A model generated the notes under the pieces. It saw only the letters and a program-made list of their open reading frames with translations, made no database searches and was not told where the DNA came from. A stretch of 63,893 nucleotides of DNA, counting the filler, from Choristocarpus tenellus KU-1152 (Eukaryota; Protista; Phaeophyceae): the NCBI GenBank assembly GCA_964200185.2. It is 10 parts of 10 records of this genome, joined end to end, with 100 filler letters (N's around TTAATTAATTAA, not from the genome) between each part and the next. Parts side by side here need not be neighbours in the genome. Positions count along the whole stretch, not along the records: positions 51,578 to 56,499 come from CAXNAD020012521.1; positions 56,600 to 60,917 come from CAXNAD020015137.1; positions 61,018 to 63,893 come from CAXNAD020024003.1; 7 more parts are not named here. One strand, 5' to 3'. Position 1 is the first letter of the stretch. The number at the start of each line of letters is the position of its first letter. The position numbers and the translations under genes were made by a program. Of this stretch, positions 51,938 through 63,878 are shown piece after piece.

Positions 51938-54900
51938 ATGTTATTGGGACCTCGTGGTATTCTCTTGGCAGTCTTAGCCTTGGTAACAAACGTCCCTGCC
52001 GAATGCGCTACCGAAGAAGTCCGCCTTATACTACGGAGCACGGTAAGCGGAGGACTGTCGACATGTAATGAAGGGTTAGTTCCTGTAGTAGATCTACCTT
52101 GATGTGAGCACCTTCATCCCCTTCACAAGTTCCATCCGTATATTGAATAACAATCTATTTGTGCCCCTCTAATCCCAAGTATCATTCCGCTTCCCTGTGA
52201 TGCCTCTTTTAAAACCCATCCAAGGTTGATGTGGACCTAGATGTGTACTGGATCAACACTTGGAAGCGCAACGAACTGGTGGCCCAGCAAGATAAGCCAA
52301 TTCCTGGTTACGGACAAATAGCTATAAATTCATACGTCGGGCACAGCTTCCTTGTAGTAGATCACGAGGTGAACTTGGTTGCCACTTTTGGAAGTTGTCT
52401 TTTGTGCCCACACTTCGTTGTGCTCGGTTGGATGCTGTGTGTCGCCTACGTAGCTCGAACTGCCATGCCCAGTACTACCCTCTCTTTCTCACCAAATTGA
52501 TGTCTGGCGGTAAGAAACTTGAGTTATCAGGGGAAGCTTCGGGTGGATCACACGTTTTCGTCTTGGTGCCAGCATGTTCCACCCTCTTCTCATTCTGAGT
52601 ATGGCACATGCCAATAGTTGCTGGTTAGGCTCACATATGGGCAAGGCGGTCATGCGGCGGATTAGTGTGTGTGAGTGCACACGGGTCGTATGACGTCAGA
52701 CTTGCTATCTGGGCTATGTTGACATACACTGATACATCGTGGCTACAGTTGTAGACTGTATATAAGCATATGTAGTATACCCCATGGTGTTTGCAAACCT
52801 TCAGGAGATCATTGAACACATCGAGTCCCCTGGGCTTTTCATGGGTGAAGACTCCTTCTCCTGCCTGGATTCTGCTGCTTAGAAGTGTGCAACATTGCCT
52901 CCTGCAAACCACCCTCTGATGTTACCCACCGCTCCAATTTTGAAGTGCCCACTACTATGATGCACAATATTTATTATTGCCTTTTTGGAAGGTCTATTTT
53001 TTTTACTCTCTCCCTCTCTCCTTAGTCGCATCACATTTCGCTGCCTCACCTTGCCCGTGTTTTCCTTTCCCCCTCAGTTTACGGATGGACTCACACACTA
53101 TAATGATAAGGCTGTAAATCCTGTGGCAGTGACCTCACTCACCATGACGGAGTTTGACATGGAAGTGAGTGATCCCCAACCCTCAACTTCCAGTTTTCAT
53201 TTCTGTACACTCAGATGAGTACGTACTGTGGCACTGGTGAATTAGACCTGGACTACTGCAACGCTGTGCCTGATTGGGTGTTATCTCCCCCTCTCTTCTG
53301 CTCTGGATATCTTCAGCCTGTGTTCCTATGTTGTGTGGTGCTGTCCTGATACCAAGTGTCGGATCTTTCCGACTCTTTGAGTTGACTCTACCGAAATGAA
53401 CTGAATTCATACCACAGGAGGATTTCAGTCATGAGTGGTACATGTGTTTTTTTGCAGCAAGCTTTTTTTCTCTTAAACATCATGGCATACCTCCCCCCCC
53501 CCCACCATTTATAATAGGGCTTCCCTCATCTCGTCTTGGCTCACTTTAACCCTTGGTGGGTGGTTGTTGCCATGAACTCTGACATCTTGTGGCTCTATGC
53601 ACAGCACAGGCGAGCGTCATCAGGGGACCAGCAGGAGAGCTACTTGTAACCTATGAGAGCGCATTAACACGCACCAAGACCTTGATGGACCAGGCTGTTG
53701 TGGCTTGCAGCAAGAGCATCTTAGGGAGTCATGCAGGTCGGACCAAAACCACTTCGGTGACAGGCACAGGGTCGCAAGTGTATGATTCAACCACTGCAGA
53801 ATCAGGATCGTGCGCCTTGGAGGAAAAAACAGAAACTTCGCCAGAGTTTCTTGCTTGCCTAACCAAGGTGATCTTCGGGGTTAGGGTTAGGGATGGAAGG
53901 GTTGTGTGGGTTGAATCAGTAATGAGGCTTAGAGATTATGCTTTTTGAGTGTGTGAGTTTGGATTGATTTGTTGAAGGTGCTGCTGGGTTTGAAAAACCC
54001 GTTGCCCCCCTTCCCCCTCACTCTTTGGTGGCATTTTGTTGGGTTTGAATGAGGAATTCAGAGTTTGTAGGTGTGAGGTGGACACCCGCACTATGGGGTG
54101 AAGGAAATGATCTTTTCCGTCTGAGACACTTAAAAAAGGGTGTTGAATTACTTGTATGCCACTGTCATCAAATGGTGCACAACCAGGAAAGGCAAGGAGT
54201 TTTTTTGTGATGAGAGTGTCCTGCCACTGCATGCCATATATTGACCTTTTATTGCCCAGGAACAGTCTGTGCACATTCCTTACTTGAATTTAGAGCACAC
54301 AAGCCCCTGCCCCCCCCCCCACCCCCCAAGGACCTGATTGCGTGTTTGGGGATTTGGTTAAAGGATGTCAATTGAAGCGATTTTTTGCTAAATTGGGGCA
54401 TTTGCTCCATGAAGGTTACTGAATGGAGAGGTTGGGGATTGTGAGTGGGCTTGCTTCTGACATACCGCCTTTAATGTTTGGTAGACCCCCTTTTCACACA
54501 TGATAGGACTAGAGCTCTAGAGTAGAAGCAGCTACAAGCTCCGAAACGGTTTTTTACTTCACCATAACTTTGGGCTGTATGTTTGGTCTACATATACTTC
54601 AGTGAACCAATTACGCCTCTAGTATTATTCCCCCGCCTTGAAACTTCTGTGAATTTTTTGAGCATTACTACTTAGGGTTAGGGTTAGGGTTAGGGTAAGG
54701 GTAAGGGAGGGAAGTTTGGAGTGTAACATCTGCAGCTATACGAATCCAGTCTGTCAACAGTTTCAGATGTCAAAATAGGTTGGTTAACTGCTATTAACCC
54801 TAACCCTAAGGTTCTATCGATGGGGTGAATTGTTTGTCGTTGTGGGGATGATGTGTGCAGTTGCCAGGTATTGCAGTTGTTACCTCTCAGAGAGTCTCTT

Positions 54901-56137
54901 CAGAATGTTACCAATGTTTGAAATCTGTGAATGTTATTACCAATGTTTGAAATCTGTTGATAGAAATGATAGAGAGGTTTGCTGAGGAGATTGTCGGTGG
55001 ACAATGTTAAGTAGGTGCCAGTCATGTTGCAGCTTCTGAAGGGCGTCGAACAAAGCTCCGGAGTGGGGTAAAAAAAGCAGGAATTGATTGATGTGGACAC
55101 AGGGTCAACATGTCTCCTCCGACTGAGAATGATGTAAGGTCACCGTGTGGACAGATGTGCTTGTACCTTTTTTTGACTTTGATTGATTGGCTCGTTTTTG
55201 AGAGATCATGACCTTCCCGTGGAGGAGTGTTGCCATCAAACAGGTACACCTTGATCGTGTCACAAGGGTGACTGTTTAGTCACTAGGCCGAATAAAAATA
55301 TTGGCAAGACTAGAACAGTACTAGAACAGTACTAATGAGACTGATATTTAGGACTCTTGAACGGTGCTGTAGTAGAAGATAATCAGCACCGTTTTATTGT
55401 CTGCAAAATTCCGTTTTGGCTGTTGCCCTGCTTGCGACAGTTACAGAAGTGACAGTTACAAAAGTAATAGCAGTAGCAGCAGTAGTAGTATTGTTTTTAA
55501 GAAGATTTAACTTTCCAAGTTGAATTTGGAGGTAGTTGATGGGCAAGTTGATACTTGCTTATCATGCATGGATGGGGCAATTATTATTATTATTATTATT
55601 ATTATTGATGGAAGTGAACAAGGTGGAGCCTTGCGTTCAAGATTTTTGTTAAAAAAAAAATGATGTTTATGCGCAATTTTTGGAATTAATCATTTCTGAT
55701 GATCATTTTAGTAGGTTCTTTTTTTTCGCCCCCTCAGTCTGCCCCCCGTCCCCCCAAAAAAAAAAAAAAGAAAAAAGAATGAGAAATGAAATGATTCAAA
55801 AGTGTGTTATTTAAATGAACGGCTTTAAAACGAAAGCCGTTTGTGGAACCATGTATTATGGGGCATTTTTTTTTTCAAACTCTGAGAGAAACTTGAATAC
55901 ATCCCCCCTCCCCCCTCCCCCCTCTACCTTTTTGATTGGAAGGCGATGGCAAGTGACCTTGCTACAAAGGAGAAAGAGGCAGATAAGACCCTCCGCATGC
56001 TGGAGGTGGTGGGGGACAGGGCAAGGAACTACACCTGTGCAGACCCAAAGATGGAAACCACTAACACATCCCTACGGAGTTTTAAGTGGAACTATGCTGG
56101 TGGTAAAGGCTGGGCTGGGGGCTCCTATGATGTCAAG
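51938..56137 (+). CDS. Secretory protein: signal peptide + VHL-beta-like domain; N-terminal part of a probable stramenopile prolyl 4-hydroxylase (3' incomplete)
   Basis: Five phase-0 exons: 51938-52042 (MLLGPRGILLAVLALVTNVPAECA..), 52225-52368 (VDVDLDVYWIN..PIPGYGQIAINSYVGHSFLVVD), 53078-53164, 53610-53867, 55943-56137 (..RNYTCADPKMETT..FKW..). The NYTCAD..W motif recalls the segment preceding the P4H catalytic domain in diatoms. The catalytic domain itself is not visible. The exon structure is more certain than the function. Confidence 0.65.
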
Positions 56138-57064
56138 GTGTTTATTGATGTTGGCTAGGCGAAGGGAAGGGAAGGGAAGGGAAGGGAAGGGTATCCCCCC
56201 CAAAAAAATTGAAGTTGGATTGCGTCGTGAGGTTGACGTATTTTGATGCGGGATGGGGTTTCCCAGTGGGTTGGGAGGGGGTGATAGGAGCTGTGCCCGC
56301 GGAGGTGTTTCTTTTGCAAGGGGACGGGGTTTGGGTTTGACTTTGTGTGTGCGTGTGTGTGTGTGTGTGGGACTTACCAATTTTTAACTACGTTTCATTG
56401 GAATGGGATAGGAACGGCCAAGGAACGGGCCTTGGTTGAACACCAGAAAAAAAAAATGAAATAGAAATGTTGGAATTATAAATAGTTTTTGGAAACAGGN
56501 NNNNNNNNNNNNNNNNNNNNNNNNNNNNNNNNNNNNNNNNNNNTTAATTAATTAANNNNNNNNNNNNNNNNNNNNNNNNNNNNNNNNNNNNNNNNNNNNC
56601 ACTGCAAGCGTAACCCTGGTATTCAGGGACACTTGGGCACCGTTCCTACGCGGGGGGGTCGACGGGGGGGTTGCCATGCCGACGTTCTGACCCTCGACGG
56701 GCCAAGTTCTGCCCTCAAAATCACCCCAAAAGACCCCTACTTTGACGGCTTGAAGCACCTCTTGTTTGTACGTGATGATACTCGAAAGCTGAGATTATCA
56801 ACCCGATTTCATTCTGTGGGGTTATCTTCCGATTCGGCGCCTTTCTCGTTCAGTGAACCCATATGTTTCGCAGCACAAACTTATGGCATAGAGGTACGTA
56901 ATTTTAGCTATGACACCTGATGAAAAACCTCAAGAAAAAGCATGTTATTTTCGGAAACATTTTTAGTAACAGTACTGATGACGATGTGTACTATCGCTGA
57001 AAAAAACGAGGCTCAAAAGATCCCTCACAGTGGGTGTATTTTTTCGAATTGGCTGCAGTAGCAG

Positions 57065-57500
57065 CTACATCATTGTTGGTGGGTGAATATGGCAAGTGAC
57101 AAAGTGCTTGGACCTCTGCGAAATCAACATCCAGAAAGAGACCTTGCCTCGGTAAGGAGCTGATCCAGCGTTTGAAAATGCCCCAGCATGCAACACGACA
57201 TCCATGCGGAAGTTCCAGTCTCTACTGTGAACAAGGCTCCCATCCTCCACAGTCAAGGGATACCCATTACCTTGCAGAATTTGGCCTAGGCGTTTCAACA
57301 TGGGCGTGTGCTGGCGTACTTGTCCTCCAGTCCCTAGGGCAGGTGTGGCAACGTGGGGTGTCGACATTATGTCTCCTGCACCTGGCAACTTGGCACCTGT
57401 TGTTGGATAGGGCCTCTTCCCACCCTAGAGATTTCCCAAAGGAGATTCCAGCGTGCTGGTTTTAAGGGTTATGTGGAGGCCCATGTGTTGGATCCTTTTC
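57065..57500 (-). mobile_element. Decayed non-LTR retrotransposon 3' region (zinc knuckle + restriction-like endonuclease, CRE/R2-type)
   Basis: Frameshifted PSCQ..CRH segment, then GGQVRQHTPMLKRLGQIL..LTVEDG..FRMDVVLHAG..YRGKV. This fits the RH..E..RxD..D RLE pattern of brown-algal CRE-like elements as I recall them. Confidence 0.65.
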
Positions 57501-58150
57501 CACACTGGCTCTGGTGGCGGGTTAGTGGTAGCGAAGGACTTTCCCTCCCTTGTTCTCCTCTACATCTTCTGGAAGGTTGGTCTGTTGCGCCCGAAAGGAG
57601 TTTGAAACGGATCCTCTTCAGAAGAAGGTGAATAATCTTGTCCTTTGCCCTCCTCATGATCCTGAAATCATGGTCTACTAGAGTGGGGATGAGGTACCTC
57701 CGTGACAGTGGCGGAGGTTGTCGCTCCTGTCCAGTTTACCCTGTTTTGACCAATTATTCCATCATATTGTAGAAATAGCTGTCGATACGTCGTAGCAAGT
57801 CGTCTTCGCTTATCAGATCCACTGTATGCAAAGTTATGCTTGATGGATTGCCGTGATTGATATCCAAGAAGGCCTACTCTTCATGAGGAACTCGTTGTTG
57901 GTGACCACTCTGTGCTCTGATTTGTGTTACAAGAGATGGTAGGAGGGTATGTATCATTTTACCATAATTTCATGGTTGTCTATTCTGCATCGAAATTTAC
58001 ACGTCGTAGTTACATGAAAATAATACCATCGTACATATTTTTCCCCTATAAATGTACTTAGTTGTTACATACATTATTGTATGTTACTATACATCAATAA
58101 ATGTTGAAAATGTCCAAAGGTCGAACACAACAATGTTCAGCATACACAGC

Positions 58151-60917
58151 ATGTGGAAACCCCTCAGCAGTGTTGTTGTTACTTGTGTCCTCCTGTTGCC
58201 TGTGGTGGGCTCACTATCAGCGCTTCCATCGATTAGGCGTGTGCGTGCAACTTCAATGTCTATGGACTTGCGGGATGCACTGGATGGAAAGTCTGCATCC
58301 GAACTAGTCTCCATTCTCTTAGCACTGGAGGGTCGTGTTGTAACACAAGGTAATATTAGGCTGATCGTCCTTTCATCTCTCCACAAGTGAAACATATTCC
58401 CTACTTCGAAACCATGATTCCCTCTAATCAATCCCGACTATCGTTGCGTAAAATGCTTGTAAATACGCCTCTTCATGTGTGTCCATGCATGTCCCCATGT
58501 CGAAGCTAGCGTGGTGGATGCGGCAAGGTGCACGTTGTTGGGTGGTGGCGTTTGCGAGGACAGCGAAGACGTGAAATCGAACACTTTTGAAAATACCAAC
58601 TCAGCTTCTCCTTCTCACCTCCCCTTGAAACGACCGAGATTTGATGGACGGCATTCCCTGAGTGGAGTGAGTGCGAGCCCGTCCTGCGACAATCCAGGCA
58701 CGACCCACGATAATAAGACCTCAGGTATACCAGACAAAGAGTCCCTAAAGCAGAGAGACGTAGCTTCCAAAGTGCAAGAAACCGATCCAGTACGTACCGC
58801 AAAGTGCTCAGAGGGGGGTCGAAAGAAGGACAATGAAGCTGTTGTGGGGAGGACGACACCAACCAGGCGCAACACACCACGATGCGGGATGAGGAAGTTT
58901 CAGAAGCCCTTTGATCACTCTCGCTTTCGGAAGCGACATATTGCTATCCGACTCATGTACGAGGGTGAAAAATACATGGGATTTGTGACGCAGGTGACCT
59001 AATCTCGAGAAATCCGTGCACTTTTACGGTACTCTGAGAACAACCTCAGCATCCGAATCAGATCCGACACATCCTTTATCATACTTGCGTCGGGTAACCT
59101 TCCTTTTCAAACCGTTCTATTTTTTTTTTTTGTACTCTTTACCAATATACCCAATAAGTTGCTTCCATATGTTTGTCCCACTTTCAAAATCGAAGGAAAA
59201 TTCGCGAGGAGGTTTGTCTCGAGTCTTACGCCACCAATGCTTCCACTACCACCACTTGAGGTCTGGAGTGTAGTTGCCAAAATTATCCACCCCTGAAATG
59301 TTTTTCATCATGAACTGCTGTCATCAATATTCCATGCTTGGCCCTAGCATCCATGCCACACTCAAACTCCAGTCTTTCTCTTCTTTAGTTTGAGGATACT
59401 TAGGGTTAGGGATTGGCATTGGACTTCTAAGCAAGCATGTCAATCCCCAACTCCCCACCCCCCACATTCCCCCCAGGGGTGGCTGAGTACCCTGTTAGCT
59501 ATGCCATTTCTCCCTCCCACATATTCTTCAATGCTCGTTCCTTGTTACCCATTCCTCTTCTTCAATGCTCCTTCCTTGTCACCCATTCCTCTTCTCATGT
59601 GTGTCTCTCTGCCTGCGTAACAATGTGTAGGGAGAAGGGGACGATGACACTGTGGAGAAACATTTGTTCAAGGCCCTGACCAGGACCAGGCTGGTGGAGG
59701 ATATGATACCTGGCATGACCTACTCACGTTGTGGTCGCACAGACAAGGGAGTCAGTGCACTAGGAAATGTGAGCTTGGTATGGTAGTGAATGTTTTTGGG
59801 GGACTATTGGGAGGGGAGCTGGGGTAGCTAATTATTGTTGTGGATCTCTAGTACTCTAAGAAGTTCAGCTATGAATGTCCATGTTCTACTGCTCATTATG
59901 AAGTGAGCTAGCTTTGCCTACGAGGTTAAGCAAGCTTAGCGATGTTTTCTATAAAATCGAACATGGCAGATTCCTCACAATATCCTATCAAAGAGTGCCT
60001 GTATCATTCTTGCAGCTCATGTCACTACACAATGTTGTGTAGGCAACCAGTTCATTGCCCTTCAAACCGCGCATGTCTTAGTGCCTGCACGTGACCATAT
60101 GAAGTGCAAATCGGATTGCATCCCTCGCTATTGTGTCACGCAAACGGTTAGTAGCATAAATTAGAACATTAGCCACTCTTCAAACTGAGGTGTATGTTGA
60201 GGAGGTGGTAGAGTGGTGCTGACCTGAAAGCACCTCGCCTCACAGGTGACTGTACCAGAAAGTTAACCCTCTCAGAAGGTATGTTTTGGTCATCATCTCT
60301 CATCATGGGGAACCAAATACCTGCTCAGTTTGCAAGGATGTTAGGAACATCAAATGACCGATCTCGAGTGTATCAGGGTTGATACCTGCATATGATACCT
60401 GCATATGATACCTGCATATGATACTTGCATGAGCTGATTGAAAAATTCCTAGTGGTTATGGCCACATTTCTGAGCACTGTGATCAAGTCCCACTACTATT
60501 GCAGCACAGCTGCAGAGCGAAAGACGACCTGCGGCTACTGTGTCAATGTGTTATTGTCAATGTGTTATTGTCAATGTGTTATTCTTATTTGACAGTGAGA
60601 ATGCATTCTATCTGATAGGTGATTGCTGTTGAGGCCCGATCGGCCTTTCCAGTAGACCTGGATGTTGAGCTTCCTGTTGATCCTCTGGAAACTATTGATA
60701 TCGACAAGGCAAGGGCAGCAGCGTCTCCTGCGACTACCATCCCCTCCGTTGACAAAGGTATCAATGAGTTTACTGCCAGCGATGGAGACTCAGGGTCAAG
60801 TGGTAGTGACCCTCAGGCTGATGCCACAAGAGAAACAGACGATTCTCAGGTCCTGGACAACGGCCGTGGGGGAGGGGGAAAGGGGGGGGAAGAGAGTCAA
60901 GGGAAAGAAGGAAAGGG
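58151..60917 (+). CDS. PUS3: tRNA pseudouridine(38/39) synthase, TruA family (PUS3/DEG1), 3' incomplete
   Basis: Exons 58151-58349, 58506-58993 (..KPFDHSRFRKRHIAIRLMYEGEKYMGFVTQ), 59631-59768 (..TVEKHLFKALTRTRLV..YSRCGRTDKGVSALGN, containing the catalytic Asp), 60619 to gap (VIAVEARS..). Phases are consistent. Confidence 0.92.
60380..60582. repeat. Short intronic tandem repeats (13 bp x4; 14 bp x3)
   Basis: TGATACCTGCATA at 60380-60430; TGTCAATGTGTTAT at ~60541-60582. Confidence 0.8.
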
Positions 60918-61040
60918 NNNNNNNNNNNNNNNNNNNNNNNNNNNNNNNNNNNNNNNNNNNNTTAATTAATTAANNNNNNNNNNNNNNNNNNNNNNNNNNN
61001 NNNNNNNNNNNNNNNNNAAAAAAAAAAAGAAAAAAAAAAG

Positions 61041-61209
61041 TGGAGGGGGGGGGTGTCGGCGTCCGTTTTTCACTTTTTTTTTTTCGATTATCACTTTTTT
61101 GGTGTGATTTGGTCGCACGTGTCGGATTTGAAATGTCAGCAAAAAAAAGAGTTGTTGGCCGAAACGGACGCCCCCTCACAAAGCACAACCCCCCCAACAT
61201 ACTTTGATC
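61041..61209. mobile_element. Divergent relative of MITE family A
   Basis: G-run start, GTGTGATTTGGTCGCACGTGTCGGAT core, ends CCCCCCAACATACTTTGATC. Confidence 0.5.
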
Positions 61210-63100
61210 GAATTTTAATTCCATTTCGCATGTTTTAGTTTTTTTACGTAGGTTTCGTGACAATCAGGTTCGGACGGTAATTTACTAGGTATATTAAAAG
61301 GCTATTGCTTTAGCGAGTAGGAAAGATTTCACGTGCTCAAAAGAGTAAAAATGTATGCTTTCAGATCGAGTATTGTGACGACGATGTATACATTCACCAA
61401 AAAAATGACCAAGTATTGCAGGGATGAAATTGTGTTGTAGATAGGTATCGATACGATGTAGGAGGTCTTGTTCACCTATCAAGTTGCATCAAAATACCGA
61501 ACGAACACCCTCTCCGTTTTGACCCGCGCTAGAGTTGTGCTTGACGGATTCCTGGCATTAAAATGTTCAACACGCCCTGCTCTTCACGAGGAACCCGTTG
61601 GTGACCACCCCCACTCTGATTTTATTCTGCAGAAGGATATCATTTTCGTGAGCGTACACATCATCCCAGTTGGTAATGCATTTCTTGTGATTATATATGC
61701 ATATCAATATTGTTCTGAGTGGTGCTATTTGTACGCGGATTCCGAGTCCTGTTTCAACGTTACCTTCAATATTCCACATAGTCACTTACAAACAAGCGGA
61801 TGCTGAATTCGGTTGGTATTTGACATGGTATGATTGCCAAAAAAGTATTATACTACATAGATACAATTAGTACTGAAACTTGAACAAACAATAAGGGTGG
61901 AACCATCATTGCCGTTGGGCATAGATCTCCATTGGGAGATCGTCGAAGCAGACGAGTCTCAGAAATCTGACCGGTGACAAGCAGCAGTGGCACAGTAAGA
62001 AAAGAACAAGGTTATGAAGTTCCTCGCCCAAATTTTTCCACTTACCCATACTATTAGTATGTACTTCGAAGTACTCGATATACATTTATCTAGAAAAAAT
62101 GTTGAACTTTTTTTTTATGTCTATGACCTACATGGGAAGACATAATTCGGTGATTGTGCTTCTGTCGGTTGTTTGACCACGTACCATGTTGTGGACTTTG
62201 GTAGAGAATGGTGGAGGAAAGTGCTATGGACATACGGTACCAAGTAAACAGAAAGCCAACATTTTCTGACAGATGCTGCGAGTAGCCAGTAGATTCGAAG
62301 ACAGGGGTGAAATGGAGCTTTTGTTGAATTGCTGCGTCCACAACACAAGGAACAAGGAACGCATAGAGTGGGTTATTTAAAGCGAGAAAGGTAACAGAAA
62401 GAGAGTCTGACAGAAGGGAGGGAACATCCTGAAGATGAAGTATGAGGAGTGAAGCTTCGCACAGACGAAATTTTGGAACAATGAGTTCACTGTAGATATA
62501 TGGATTTATTCGTACCACAGCAGTGATGGCATGGTCGCGGGGCATGTGGAGACAGCATGTTACAGGCTCAATCCATTGGATATAAGGAGGAAATTTGTTT
62601 TGAGGAGACATGTCGAGGTGTACAGTTTTCCTTTGAAGTTTTTGGGCAGTTTGTATTTTGCAGAGGAGCGATAATGGAGGAGGAAGACATATTGTGTGTC
62701 GGGCTGGCAGTACAAAACCGTTTGCACTAGAACACGTCGAAACAGAGTGCGCTAGGAACCGGCTGATGAAGATCCAGATCCTGCTGACAGCCAACTCAAG
62801 TATGGTCTCTGTTCCAGGATCCCAGCTGAAGAGTCCTAGGGTACGCTCGCAGAAGACTCAAACTGGCGGTCCAACTATGTAGAGGGTGGAGCCAAATACT
62901 TCATTGACATTTAATAGAAGGATAATGACGCAGTCGTAGCTCATCACACGGAAGTGACCTCAGTTATAAAACATTCGTACCATTACTTGTAAAGCTTTTG
63001 GTTGGGAATGGGGAGGTCTGACCTAGGCTACTAACCCTGGTACTGCTGGCTGTATCAGTACATTATTGATTAGTATATGAGCTGGACATTATATCTGTGA

Positions 63101-63281
63101 GACCAAAAGTATCTGGGGGGGAGGGGGGGGGTCTACACCATGGTGTCCATTTGGGTCATAACTAGGAAAATTGCACTTACACTATCCATCCGACGTGTGC
63201 AACCGAACCACAAAAAAATCGCGACATAGAAAAAATTGGATCCAAATGGACAGCCGCCACCCCCCCTAGATAGTTTGAGCC
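63101..63281. mobile_element. MITE family A, full copy
   Basis: GACCAAAAGTATCTGGGG...CTAGATAGTTTGAGCC; TSD TGA/TGA. Confidence 0.9.
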
Positions 63282-63703
63282 TGATGGGGAGTGAATAGAT
63301 GCCCTTTGCTGAACTTGTGACCCTTCAAAACGCCGAAATTGAGATCTTCTGTTTAGATATGATTGGACCATTTTATCTCTTGCCCTTCCTGATTGTATAT
63401 CGTCTTGCATTTGTACCTTTTTTACGTATTTGTGTGTGAATGTATTTTATTTACCTGTTATATTTCTTGTGACTGCATTTTTTTGTATTAATACCACTCA
63501 GAACACTATTTTAGTGAATAGGCGTAACATTATATCTCGGACGGTATCCGAACAGGTCCTCTAATACTGTGTTAGTTTATCAAGTGTAACAGATTGTGAC
63601 ATTCTATGACAAATCTCGAAGAACCCTTTTTTTCAACCGTGATAATGTGTGTACTCTCTTAAGAAATTTGATGGAGGGATGAAGTCGTATTGTCAAAATA
63701 GGT

Positions 63704-63878
63704 TACCTAAAGTATCTGGGAGGGGGTGGCGGCTGTCCATTTGGGGTCAATTTTTTCATGTAGCGATTTTTGTGTGGTTCGGTTGCACACGTCAGATGGA
63801 TAGTGTAAGTGCACATTTCCTAGTTATGACCCAAATGGACACCCTGGTGTTGATCCCTCCCCCCCCCCCCCCCCCCCC
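63704..63878. mobile_element. MITE family A, inverted relative to 63101-63281; right end lost in a poly-C run
   Basis: AAAGTATCTGGGAGGGGGTGGCGGCTGTCCATTTGGGGTC...; shares internal variants with the 63101 copy. Confidence 0.85.

Noticed and set aside
3484-61017. Recurrent TTAATTAATTAA palindrome inside N runs
   Set aside because: Artificial six-frame-stop linker. Gene neighbourhoods across gaps were therefore not interpreted.
61300-62900. Long ORFs 62090-62794 (-) and 61468-61806 (+)
   Set aside because: No recognisable motif or convincing splice structure. Possibly a decayed element, but unsupported.
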